A DNA stretch of 64,000 nt. Source: a virus. Lineage: Duplodnaviria; Caudoviricetes. Below are positions 45,335 through 54,509 of the stretch, in pieces. Each line of letters opens with the position of its first letter. The first letter of the stretch is position 1. The stretch is taken from IMG/VR virus record IMGVR_UViG_3300044477_000030, positions 12,659 to 76,658 of that record; one strand, given 5' to 3'. Under the pieces are notes generated by a model. The model was not told where the DNA came from and did not search any database. It saw only the letters and a list, made by a program, of their open reading frames with translations. The translations under genes and the position numbers were made by a program.

Positions 45335-46114
45335 ATGAAGAAAGCACTATTTCTAAGAACTTGCGACAAAGACGGAAAAGCACACGGTGGTTTTCAATGG
45401 CCTTTAAAGGCCGGTGAAACTGTAACCGCTCCAGATTGGGAACCGACAAAAGAATGCGGTAAGGGCTTACATGGTTTACTCAATGGCCAAGGCTTTTCGG
45501 GACATTTGAGTTCCAAATTGGATGCATTGTGGTTTGTTGTTGAATCAGATTTGGACAAAGCCATTGACTTGAACGGAAAGCACAAATTTCAGACTTGTAA
45601 AGTGGAATTTGTTGGCTCAAAAGAAAAGGCCGTTCAATACATGGTTGACCATGGATGCAGCGGGGTTCACTTTTCCACCTTGACCGGCGGTTATGGTTCC
45701 ACCTTGACCGGCGGTTATGGTTCCACCTTGACCGGCGGTGATTGGTGCACCTTGACTGGTGGCAATCGTTCCACCTTGACCGGCGGTGATTGGTGCACCT
45801 TGACTGGTGGCAATCGTTCCACCTTGACCGGCGGTGATTGGTGCACCTTGACCGGAGGTGATCATTCCACCTTGGCCGGAGGCGATCATTCCACCTTGAC
45901 CGGCGGTGATTGGTGCACCTTGACCGGAGGTGATCATTCCACCTTGACTGGTGGCAATCGTTCCACCTTGACCGGCGGTGATGGTTCCACCTTGAGTATT
46001 TCATATTGGGATGGAAACAGAAATCGTATTATGATTGGTTACATTGGTGAAAACGGTTTGGAACCAAATGTTGCCTATAAACTCAACGAAAAGCATGAAT
46101 TTATTAAGGCTTAA
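45335..46114 (+). CDS. Repeat protein: conserved N-terminal domain plus 13 octapeptide TLTGGxxx repeats (ice-nucleation-protein-like beta-solenoid)
   Basis: GFQWP...APDW...CGKGLHG N-domain; GGYGSTLT units resemble the INP AGYGSTxT octapeptide. Confidence 0.8.
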   Translation: MKKALFLRTCDKDGKAHGGFQWPLKAGETVTAPDWEPTKECGKGLHGLLNGQGFSGHLSSKLDALWFVVESDLDKAIDLNGKHKFQTCKVEFVGSKEKAVQYMVDHGCSGVHFSTLTGGYGSTLTGGYGSTLTGGDWCTLTGGNRSTLTGGDWCTLTGGNRSTLTGGDWCTLTGGDHSTLAGGDHSTLTGGDWCTLTGGDHSTLTGGNRSTLTGGDGSTLSISYWDGNRNRIMIGYIGENGLEPNVAYKLNEKHEFIKA

Positions 46115-46127
46115 TAGAAGGAGTCGC

Positions 46128-46442
46128 ATCATGGAGAAGAAGTCAAAAGAACACATTTTGGTCGAGATCAACGTGAGCCAAGACGGTTCCACGGATATCT
46201 GTGCATTCTATCACGACAAGCATGGCACCGCCGTGAAAGCCAATCTCGAAAACAACGTCTATTTCGTGCCTTTGAAGTTTCACGGCAAGCATCCTTGTGT
46301 GTTTCGGAGGCTCCATGATAAACTTTGGGTGGCATTGGATAGCGAAGAACTTTTCACTCCCATTAGAATCATTGCCAAATCCAAGCGCGAAGCGATCCGT
46401 CTCTGGAACGAAGTCGTCATGGGTCTTCAGGACGGAGTATGA
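46128..46442 (+). CDS. Hypothetical protein
   Basis: AGGAG RBS, MEKKSKEHIL. Confidence 0.6.
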   Translation: MMEKKSKEHILVEINVSQDGSTDICAFYHDKHGTAVKANLENNVYFVPLKFHGKHPCVFRRLHDKLWVALDSEELFTPIRIIAKSKREAIRLWNEVVMGLQDGV

Positions 46443-46672
46443 CAAGACGGGAGCGCAGGCGGCTCGAAACGATGTCGCAATCGGAACTGTGGAACTTCTT
46501 GACGAAGATGATAGCTTTGCGCAAGAAGCTGTCCGTTCCGCCCACAGGAGCGATGTGCGCCGTCGAAGAGTTCTGCCACCCATCATCCCCAAGGGCCACC
46601 CTCCGAAGACTGCTGATCGAATATAAGAAGGAACTGGACGACCTGGAGAAGAAAGCCCATGACGGACTATAA
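46439..46672 (+). CDS. Hypothetical protein
   Basis: ATGA-coupled. Confidence 0.55.
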   Translation: MTRRERRRLETMSQSELWNFLTKMIALRKKLSVPPTGAMCAVEEFCHPSSPRATLRRLLIEYKKELDDLEKKAHDGL

Positions 46673-46797
46673 GAAAATTGTCTATCTTGATGGACAGCCT
46701 TGCCACCTCGGTTGTGTTAAACTCTATCCTTGCATTCGTTGCGGAAGAAAAGCAGCTCGTGGTGTGGCAGTGATGTTTAGGCATAAGGAGTCTTTCC

Positions 46798-47865
46798 ATG
46801 TGGTTCCGTGATCTCGATGGTAATCTATGGAACTCTGAAGACATATTCAGGGTGAACAAGATTTGGGAAGGGCGATGCTTTGTTTTAATGAGATGCGATA
46901 AAGGATTGATATGGGGATGTAATGACAAGAACATAATAGAAATTTCCAAGGAAACCTATGATGAAGTTGTCGATTTCCTGATGAAGATCGACCGCGATGT
47001 TAAAGCGGTCATGGAGAAAGTTGTCGAGATTCCGAAGCCCATCGAACTCCCAGCGAACATTCCCCCGGAATGGTTCTGGGATCGAATTGCAGCAACGAAC
47101 CTCTTCTCCCGCCCGAAGACAATGCCGTCGTTGAACAAGACAACGGTGAAGACGATCAATTTCTTGAACGATGTTGTCTTCAAAGGTTTCGACTATTATC
47201 AAAAAGCGTTCGAGTGGACAGAACCTTACAAGTTCTGCGAGATCAATCGAGTATGGCCTACTGATTGGGAATCTCTGGCCGACTTCATCAAATGGGTGGC
47301 TCCTATCATTCTCAAGGGTGAAGTCAACGGGCTCGTCATGCGTCCAAGAACCGGTGCCTCGCTCGGACGGTTCGACCTTGGCAGTTTCTTCCATGACGAC
47401 CACCAGAAGGGAAAGCACTTTAGTCCGTTCTTCCGGTTGATGACAAAGATGGTATGGTGGCAGACCACCACCGATTCCGAAATGATCATCTTGCAGAAGA
47501 ACATCCCGGGAGAATGTCATCCTTGGGTTCTGAAATGGATAAATATGTGGAAGTCCATAGGCCAATGCTCCGACGCGAACAGTGTGAAGTATCTGTGGAA
47601 GAAGGCCGACATTTCCTACCGCTGGTGGCTGGCGAACAAGGATAGGCTCATTGAATACGCAGAGACCACCGATACACCAAAGAAATTGTTCAAGACCAAC
47701 TGCAACACTGCGGAAGGATACTTCAGAATGCTTTGGACTCGTGGCGAATCTCTCTACCGCAAATGGGGCTTTGAACAATTCCCACATCCGAATACGAAAA
47801 GCGACAAGTGGCAGATGTTTGCCAGGATGTGCCGCGAACAACATGACATTGAACTGGATGGCTAA
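46798..47865 (+). CDS. Hypothetical protein, 355 aa (Trp-rich)
   Basis: AAGGAG RBS; no motif recognised. Confidence 0.7.
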   Translation: MWFRDLDGNLWNSEDIFRVNKIWEGRCFVLMRCDKGLIWGCNDKNIIEISKETYDEVVDFLMKIDRDVKAVMEKVVEIPKPIELPANIPPEWFWDRIAATNLFSRPKTMPSLNKTTVKTINFLNDVVFKGFDYYQKAFEWTEPYKFCEINRVWPTDWESLADFIKWVAPIILKGEVNGLVMRPRTGASLGRFDLGSFFHDDHQKGKHFSPFFRLMTKMVWWQTTTDSEMIILQKNIPGECHPWVLKWINMWKSIGQCSDANSVKYLWKKADISYRWWLANKDRLIEYAETTDTPKKLFKTNCNTAEGYFRMLWTRGESLYRKWGFEQFPHPNTKSDKWQMFARMCREQHDIELDG

Positions 47866-47867
47866 TT

Positions 47868-48206
47868 GTGATAAGTGTATGGATGATATTGGTTTGTGTT
47901 TTCATTCCCATTATGACACTTTACATATTAATTCCTTGCATATACTGGCTGACCGGACATGGTGGAAAAGAAGCAAACGAATTCAGAATCATTGAAACAG
48001 TTGGCCATCCTATACATAATTCTTATTATGAGATAGAACAAAGATGGGATAATCCGTTTATGATTCATTGGGTGAAAGTTCGTGGAGTATTTTCTTGCAG
48101 GCAAAATGCAGAGATGGCCATGCGTGCCATGAAAAAGCATCCTGTGGTGAAGCATTACTATCAGGAAGATGGAAAAGAAACCCATACCGAAGTTGTCGAT
48201 GAATAA
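47868..48206 (+). CDS. Membrane-anchored hypothetical protein
   Basis: N-terminal transmembrane helix. Confidence 0.55.
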   Translation: MISVWMILVCVFIPIMTLYILIPCIYWLTGHGGKEANEFRIIETVGHPIHNSYYEIEQRWDNPFMIHWVKVRGVFSCRQNAEMAMRAMKKHPVVKHYYQEDGKETHTEVVDE

Positions 48207-48433
48207 CAAACTTTGTTCGAAGTCATTTAAGAAGAAATTGCAGAAGCATCTAGAGCATCTAAATTGGCTCATGATCCCGAACACAAAAGACGGACGGGCA
48301 TTTCTTGAGGTTGAAATACTCGGAGTTATCTTGGATTTTTATGCTTTCGATTTTGTCCATGTTAAAATGAGAGACGACGGCAGAATCGCGGATGTATCCA
48401 CGAGGCGTGGAGAAATAAATTCCGAGGTAAAGA

Positions 48434-50128
48434 TTGTTTTCTAGACGAAAGATCCCGTCAAGATATGAAGCGAAGCTGGAAAACAACCAGCTTCTCCTTT
48501 CTTTTTTCGAACCAAACCCTGTGAAATGGCAGGAGCTTGTGGGGTTCATCAAAGCGTTCAATGGCGCCAGGTTTAACGGTGCTACGAAAAAATGGACGAT
48601 ACCAAACACCGAAGAAAACCGACAGATGGTGAAGATCCGGGGTTTTGCGCTGAAAGCTCCTGTTTCCGAATCGAAAACACTTTATCCAAAGAGAACGCCT
48701 TCGTGGATGTTCTACGAGTTTGAAGAACCTCCTCATAATTGGTTGAGACCATACCAAATAGAAGGAATGAGATTGTTATGTCAGAGAGGAGATAAGGGCG
48801 CTTTGATATTGGCAGAACCAGGATTAGGGAAAACACCTCTGGCGATAGCATATATTGATTATACAAAAACATCAAAAACCCTCATAGTGGCCACCGCGCT
48901 CACCAAGAAGCAATGGCAGGAACGCTTCGACCAGTTCACCCCAGGGAAGAAGATTCATATCATCTATGGTGAAACACCATACGAATTGCCCAACGCCGAC
49001 ATCTACATCATAAATTGGGACATACTAGGAGATTGGGTGGGACATAAGCAGCCGTGTTTTTCTAAGGAAGAGCCAACGAAGGTTGTAGCCGAACGGTTCG
49101 TCGGAGATGGCCCGCTTTGCAACATCGGGCTCAAGTTGGTCATCGCCGACGAAGCCCAGGCGATCGGCAACGAAACCTCGATCCGGTACAAGGCGTTGAG
49201 GGAGGTCTGCAAGGCTTCGGGGAGGAGACCCGTCCTTCTGACCGGCACTCCGATGAACACCAGACCAGATCAGTTCTGGACACTACTGAATTTGGTAGCT
49301 CCAGACATTTTTCCAAACCACATGAAGTTCCGCAGCGAGTTTTGCGCTCCGAGTGTGGGTTCGTTCGGTGTCCGGTATGATGGGGCCGAGAATATGGACA
49401 AGCTCCATTATATGATCCAGCCCATCTCCGCCCGGCATCTGAAGAAGGATGTGATGAACGATCTGCCGGAAAAGACGGTATCCGTCCTGCCGGTAGAAAT
49501 CGACTTGGATTCCTACCATAAGATCGAGGAGAAGGCGTTTGCCCGCGATGGACGTACCATGGAGCAAATCAAGCGCGATGTGGCGGAGCTTCAGCGTTCC
49601 TCATTCATGTTCAAGCGCAAAGCCTGTGTGGATACCATAGCCGATTTCCTCAACAACCATCCGAACGAGAAGGCGGTGGTTTTTGCTTGGCACAAGGATG
49701 TGGTGCAACTCCTTGCCACAGATCTCGATAAATATGCACCAGCGGTCGTGAACAGCACCGTGACCGGCAAAGACCGCGAGATTGAGATGAAGCGGTTCCG
49801 CGAAGATCCGCAGTGCCGCTTAATTATCGGCAACATCAAGGCGCTCGGTGTCGGGGTGGATGGGTTGCAGGGGGTGACATCCTATGGATTCTTCGTCGAG
49901 TTCGGATCCGCCCCAGGAGATCACGACCAGGCAGAATCGAGACTGTGGAGATCTGGGCAATATTTACCGGTTTTCTGGACATACATCATCGCCCGAGGCA
50001 CAATCGACGACGACAACATGGCAAAACTCGACCAACGCAGGAAGAACATATCCCTGGGGTTGGATGGGATGGCAAACGAAGAAGAATTCCTACTTTCTTT
50101 GCTCAAGAAACACCTAAAATTTGTATAA
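48434..50128 (+). CDS. SNF2/SMARCAL1-like (HARP) helicase/annealing ATPase
   Basis: LRPYQIEG, PGLGKT, IADEAQ, LTGTP, VVFAW, GVGVDGLQ, QAESRLWRSGQ. Confidence 0.9.
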   Translation: MFSRRKIPSRYEAKLENNQLLLSFFEPNPVKWQELVGFIKAFNGARFNGATKKWTIPNTEENRQMVKIRGFALKAPVSESKTLYPKRTPSWMFYEFEEPPHNWLRPYQIEGMRLLCQRGDKGALILAEPGLGKTPLAIAYIDYTKTSKTLIVATALTKKQWQERFDQFTPGKKIHIIYGETPYELPNADIYIINWDILGDWVGHKQPCFSKEEPTKVVAERFVGDGPLCNIGLKLVIADEAQAIGNETSIRYKALREVCKASGRRPVLLTGTPMNTRPDQFWTLLNLVAPDIFPNHMKFRSEFCAPSVGSFGVRYDGAENMDKLHYMIQPISARHLKKDVMNDLPEKTVSVLPVEIDLDSYHKIEEKAFARDGRTMEQIKRDVAELQRSSFMFKRKACVDTIADFLNNHPNEKAVVFAWHKDVVQLLATDLDKYAPAVVNSTVTGKDREIEMKRFREDPQCRLIIGNIKALGVGVDGLQGVTSYGFFVEFGSAPGDHDQAESRLWRSGQYLPVFWTYIIARGTIDDDNMAKLDQRRKNISLGLDGMANEEEFLLSLLKKHLKFV

Positions 50129-50135
50129 TACTATT

Positions 50136-50870
50136 ATGAAATACCTGTTCACGAAAGATTTTCTGGCCAATTACAAGCCCCTCACGGTTGCAGAATTTGC
50201 AGAGTTCCTTCGTTTGGCGAAGGCCGGTGATGTGAGAGCAAGAAACCGACTAATTCTTCAAATGCGTCCATGGATCGTGAGCAAGGTTGGCACCAAGCCC
50301 CCGTATCTCCTTGGACGCGAAGATATGTACGATTCTGCGCTCGATGCAATTTATATTGCGATTGAGAGTTTCAACATGAAATGTGTTGATAGACTTCCAG
50401 GAATCTTTACTCGTTGGTGCAATTACAATTTCCTTGGCACCACATGGCGGATCGTCTATGAACGGATGACGCATTCTACCGTGGATCTTGATGGGAAGTT
50501 ACGCGACCAGGATAACGCAGACCATGGGAACAAAGACCACAATTATTTCGTTGAGCAAATGTTCGCTTCCCGCGATATGGCCGATGTGAAGATGGAAGAA
50601 AATCTCTTCGAGTTCGTCATGAGCATCGTGGACAACATCCCAGAAAAGCAACGTATCGCTTTGTTATTACGCTACGGCCTCCGTGGAGAAGGTGGACGGG
50701 GGATCGAGGATGATGTTGGCCAACACAACGGGCAGTGGAATGACCGCGCTGGATTCTGCTATGAAGCAATCGGCCTGATGATCGGGCGCAATGCGACAAT
50801 CGCGCAACACGATGTCAAGAAAGCAATCTCTTTCCTTCGCAAATATGCCCTCCCTTTGATCAAGGATTAA
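50136..50870 (+). CDS. Phage-encoded sigma70-family RNA polymerase sigma factor
   Basis: AGDVRARNRLI (region 1.2/2.1), REDMY...AIESF (2.2/2.3), IPEKQRIALLLRYGL...YEAIGLMIG (region 4); leaderless start 6 nt after TATAAT. Confidence 0.8.
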   Translation: MKYLFTKDFLANYKPLTVAEFAEFLRLAKAGDVRARNRLILQMRPWIVSKVGTKPPYLLGREDMYDSALDAIYIAIESFNMKCVDRLPGIFTRWCNYNFLGTTWRIVYERMTHSTVDLDGKLRDQDNADHGNKDHNYFVEQMFASRDMADVKMEENLFEFVMSIVDNIPEKQRIALLLRYGLRGEGGRGIEDDVGQHNGQWNDRAGFCYEAIGLMIGRNATIAQHDVKKAISFLRKYALPLIKD

Positions 50871-50871
50871 G

Positions 50872-51246
50872 ATGCGGGAATTCAGATGCAAAATCAGAAT
50901 TCCACTCTACCGCACTGTGGTGGAGGTGATCTTATCCTCCAATATGAAGGAAACATGGAGAAAGGAAGGGCCGAAGTATGGAGATGATGGTTCTATTGAC
51001 GACATTGCAGCTTTTACGCAACCAGTTCCGGGTCAATCGGTATTGATTGTCGCCACTACAACCCCGAGCGTTTCCGATATTGCCCATGAAGCCGTCCATG
51101 CTGCGGTGTATATCCTGAAGACCTCCGGCGTGAAGCTGACCGATTCGAGTGAAGAAAGCTATGCCTATCTCGTGGGGCATATTGTGTGCGAGATCCGCAA
51201 GATGATGTTGCGCAACAAATTGAGATTTTCAAAGGAGAAAGTATGA
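50872..51246 (+). CDS. Small HExxH (zincin-like) protein
   Basis: IAHEAVHAA...EESYAYL. Confidence 0.65.
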   Translation: MREFRCKIRIPLYRTVVEVILSSNMKETWRKEGPKYGDDGSIDDIAAFTQPVPGQSVLIVATTTPSVSDIAHEAVHAAVYILKTSGVKLTDSSEESYAYLVGHIVCEIRKMMLRNKLRFSKEKV

Positions 51247-51536
51247 AAGTGATAGGAAACACCAAAGATGACAAGTTGCTTGTTGAAATGAAAAAAGAAG
51301 AACTCATGGGATTGTTGGGCGTTGTTAGTGATAAAGACAAAATGTTCAGTGGATTTAATATGTCGTTTGATGATGTTCTCCAAGGGAATTATTACAACAG
51401 TATTGCGCATTCGAACCAAGTCAAACAGGCAATAGATACCATTTCGTCGATGCAGAAAACTCTTCAACGGTTCGGAGAAACCATTCCAGTTTTTCAAAGA
51501 TTCGCCGACATGATGCTTGAAAACAAAAAGAGCTAA
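51243..51536 (+). CDS. Hypothetical protein
   Basis: AAGGAG RBS. Confidence 0.6.
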   Translation: MKVIGNTKDDKLLVEMKKEELMGLLGVVSDKDKMFSGFNMSFDDVLQGNYYNSIAHSNQVKQAIDTISSMQKTLQRFGETIPVFQRFADMMLENKKS

Positions 51537-51537
51537 T

Positions 51538-52965
51538 ATGGGTGTGGTGAAGAAGACAGTCATCGACATGGGCGAGGAGCGCAGAATCCTCACCCATATG
51601 ATTGTGTCGTCGGAGTTCCTAGATTCAATCTCTAGCTTCGTTGATCCGCGCCTTTTCGATTCCTCCTATATCAAGATCCTCGCCAAATGGATCATGGAGT
51701 TCTACCAGATCTCCAAGGTGGCGCCAGGAAAGGCCATCCAGGATATCTGGCGGGCGAAGCAGTCGGAACTCTCCGAGGACGACCAGAAACTCGTGGGAGA
51801 ATTGATCCAGAGTCTTTCCGAGGACTGGAGCAAGGGAGAACCGAACAATGTTCCGTACACATCGGAGACCGCAAAAAAGTTTTTCAAAATCCAGAGTTTG
51901 AAAAAATTGGCTTTCCTGTTGCAAGAATCAATTTCGGCAGGGGACACGGCAGGAGGGGAGCGTTCCGTCGCCAACTTTAAACGGATCGAGAAAGTCCAGG
52001 GGCAAGGCATTGATCTTCTGAAGGAAGAGAACTTCACCGAGATCTACAAAGCCTATACGATGGAAGATGAAGTTCTGTTCCATCTTCCGGGTGCCTACGG
52101 TGAGATGGTTGGCCCGATCTGTCGTGGTGATTTCGTCGGCGTGCTTGCGCCAAAGAAAACAGGCAAGACCTGGACTCTCATGCACATGGCCATGACCGCT
52201 TATTTGTCCGGGCTCGATGTGCTGTTTGTCTCTCTGGAAATGATGAAGCCCCAGACTATCCGCCGCTTCTGGTCGATGCTCGAAGGCAGGCCATACAGGG
52301 ACAGGGAAATCAAACTCCCGATGTTCCATGACTTTGACGATTGCTCTCGCATTGAGTTCCAGCGCGAGTACCGCAAAGGGGTTGAGATTGATCCCGAAAT
52401 AATCAAGAAATCCCAGAAGACATGGCGCAAGAGCATCCGTGGATCTCTTCGTCTGGAGATCTTCCCGACCAATTCTTTCGCGCCGAAAGATATGGAAACT
52501 TTGCTTTCCAACCTTCAGCTCTATGAGAACTATTCTCCCAATGTGATCGTGATCGACTACTTGGACATCATGGTGCCGGATAAGCATATCTCCGAAGAAC
52601 GCCACAAGCTCAACCAGATCTGGCTCTATGCCCGTGGACTCGCCCAAGAGCGACAAATTGCGGTCATCAGCGCATCGCAGACTGGACGCAAGACGGTAGG
52701 CGGAAAGGAAGTGCAGGAATCGGATGTCTCTGAAGATATTCGCAAGCTGGCTCACTTGACCAAGGCCATCACCCTGAATGCCACGGAAAAAGAGAAGGCC
52801 AACGGTATCATCCGCGCCAATCAGAAAACCCAACGCGAAGGCGCCACAGACTTCCGCCAGGTGTGCATCCTGCAATGTTTGGACATCTCCCGCTTCTATT
52901 TGGACAGCCGGTGGTGCGAACAAGTTTACGGTCTCGATGAATATCGTGGCCAGGTTGAGGATTAA
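51538..52965 (+). CDS. DnaB-like replicative helicase
   Basis: VLAPKKTGKT Walker A, FVSLEM, VIVIDYLDIM, VISASQTGR, SEDIRK. Confidence 0.9.
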   Translation: MGVVKKTVIDMGEERRILTHMIVSSEFLDSISSFVDPRLFDSSYIKILAKWIMEFYQISKVAPGKAIQDIWRAKQSELSEDDQKLVGELIQSLSEDWSKGEPNNVPYTSETAKKFFKIQSLKKLAFLLQESISAGDTAGGERSVANFKRIEKVQGQGIDLLKEENFTEIYKAYTMEDEVLFHLPGAYGEMVGPICRGDFVGVLAPKKTGKTWTLMHMAMTAYLSGLDVLFVSLEMMKPQTIRRFWSMLEGRPYRDREIKLPMFHDFDDCSRIEFQREYRKGVEIDPEIIKKSQKTWRKSIRGSLRLEIFPTNSFAPKDMETLLSNLQLYENYSPNVIVIDYLDIMVPDKHISEERHKLNQIWLYARGLAQERQIAVISASQTGRKTVGGKEVQESDVSEDIRKLAHLTKAITLNATEKEKANGIIRANQKTQREGATDFRQVCILQCLDISRFYLDSRWCEQVYGLDEYRGQVED

Positions 52966-52989
52966 ATTTGTATAATAGGGCAGAGGTTT

Positions 52990-53262
52990 ATGATGCCAAT
53001 TAAAGACATAAAAGACACTATCCAATTTTCGGGCGAAGTCACAGATGCCAATGGCAATGTGATCCGAGACGAGAAACCATTGATCGTTGTTGCCGATCCG
53101 AAAAACAAAGGTATCGAGACTCTCATGACAGCTCTTAAAGAGCAGAATGAAAAAATCCAAGAAAAGATACGACCGAAGCCGGTTGTCAGTGTGAATGTGA
53201 ACCGTGGGCCAAACCGCGAACAGCGTCGCGCCTGGGAAAAGAAGGTGCGCCGTGCTCGTTAA
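52990..53262 (+). CDS. Hypothetical protein (C-terminal NREQRR motif)
   Basis: Promoter motif at 52966-52978, GAGG RBS. Confidence 0.6.
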   Translation: MMPIKDIKDTIQFSGEVTDANGNVIRDEKPLIVVADPKNKGIETLMTALKEQNEKIQEKIRPKPVVSVNVNRGPNREQRRAWEKKVRRAR

Positions 53263-54286
53263 GCGCCAGCAACTTCTGGAAGATGTGAAGCGTTGCCTCG
53301 GAGCCACCGATAAGTCATCGAACGCCTCCGTTGATGGTTTCAACTCCCTGTGGTTCGATGGCTCGTTTGTCCATTCGTTCAATCGCAAGGTCTGCATCTC
53401 CGTGCCAACATCGTTGAACATTGAATGCGCCGTGGAAGCGGAAACACTCACCAAGTTGCTTTCCAAATACAAAGCTCAGGACATTGATCTCCTTCTTGAA
53501 GAAGGCGGGCTCAAGTACAATCTTCCCAAGGCAAATGGTGTTATCCAACTCATTGATCCCAAGATCGCAGACCATGTGAAAGGGATCAATCTGGAAGACA
53601 TCGCGTTCAAGCCAATTCCCACTGGTATGATGGATGGCATACGCCTGTGTCATATCAACAAGAATATGGGAAGAATCAAGGGTACTGTGGTTCATGGTAT
53701 GGCTGTAATGTCCACCGATACCGTTTCAATGTATGTCTATGAATTCGGTGGAATGGCGGATTCCTTCCTGCTCGACGATGTTTGCTCCGAGCAACTTATC
53801 CGGTTCCAGAACGACCCAGTGCTTTATTTCGTAGATGATGTCTGGGTTCATTTCAGATACGAGGATGGTTCCATCTTCTCCTGCGTCCAGAAACCTCTTT
53901 CCTCGTTCCCCGTGGGAGCATTCAGATCCATTCTCGAATCCATCATGCTCGAAGAGGTGGTGTGGGGAGGAAAGATCGCGCCTGATATGGCTGAAGCTGC
54001 AAACCGGGTGTCCATCTTCTCGGACAAGTCACTCAAGAGCGACAAGATTACAGTTACGGTTCTTCCGTCGAAGATTGTGCTATCTGCGGAAAGCCAATCG
54101 GGAAAGGCCACGGAAGAAGTCCCATTCGATACAGGGATTGGAGGAGTGGCCAAGTTCAACATTTCAGCTTCGGTGTTGAACAAGGGGTGCCTCAAATGTA
54201 CGGATATTGCCGTGATGCTCAATGGCAGAAAGCCATCGGTGCAGTTCTCGGCGGACACTTTCAAGATGGTGGTCTATGTCGGATAA
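53252..54286 (+). CDS. DNA sliding clamp (DnaN/beta-like)
   Basis: About 344 aa three-domain size; STDTVSM, ANRVSIFS, LSAESQSGKATEEV patterns. Confidence 0.7.
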   Translation: MLVKRQQLLEDVKRCLGATDKSSNASVDGFNSLWFDGSFVHSFNRKVCISVPTSLNIECAVEAETLTKLLSKYKAQDIDLLLEEGGLKYNLPKANGVIQLIDPKIADHVKGINLEDIAFKPIPTGMMDGIRLCHINKNMGRIKGTVVHGMAVMSTDTVSMYVYEFGGMADSFLLDDVCSEQLIRFQNDPVLYFVDDVWVHFRYEDGSIFSCVQKPLSSFPVGAFRSILESIMLEEVVWGGKIAPDMAEAANRVSIFSDKSLKSDKITVTVLPSKIVLSAESQSGKATEEVPFDTGIGGVAKFNISASVLNKGCLKCTDIAVMLNGRKPSVQFSADTFKMVVYVG

Positions 54287-54509
54287 GTGGTCTATGGAAA
54301 GGCTCCATATGTACAGAATCAATACACATTTGAAAGAACAAGCACCAGATTACAAAATGGTCATCGAATTCAGTGACAGTTCGCAGAATTCTTTTACTTT
54401 GAGTGTCCCAAAAGAAACATCGAAGCAGATCTTAGCGCTCATCGAACATGATGTTGCCATGAACGGGCAGAAGCTCGTGCAAGATCTTATTTCGTCAATG
54501 AAGGGATGA
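54276..54509 (+). CDS. Hypothetical protein
   Basis: Coupled ORF. Confidence 0.5.
   Translation: MSDKWSMERLHMYRINTHLKEQAPDYKMVIEFSDSSQNSFTLSVPKETSKQILALIEHDVAMNGQKLVQDLISSMKG

Noticed and set aside
45675-45995. Diversity-generating retroelement acting on the TLTGG repeats
   Set aside because: No reverse transcriptase in the window, and unit differences are not restricted to adenine positions; unit shuffling or conversion explains them better. An RT elsewhere in the genome cannot be excluded.
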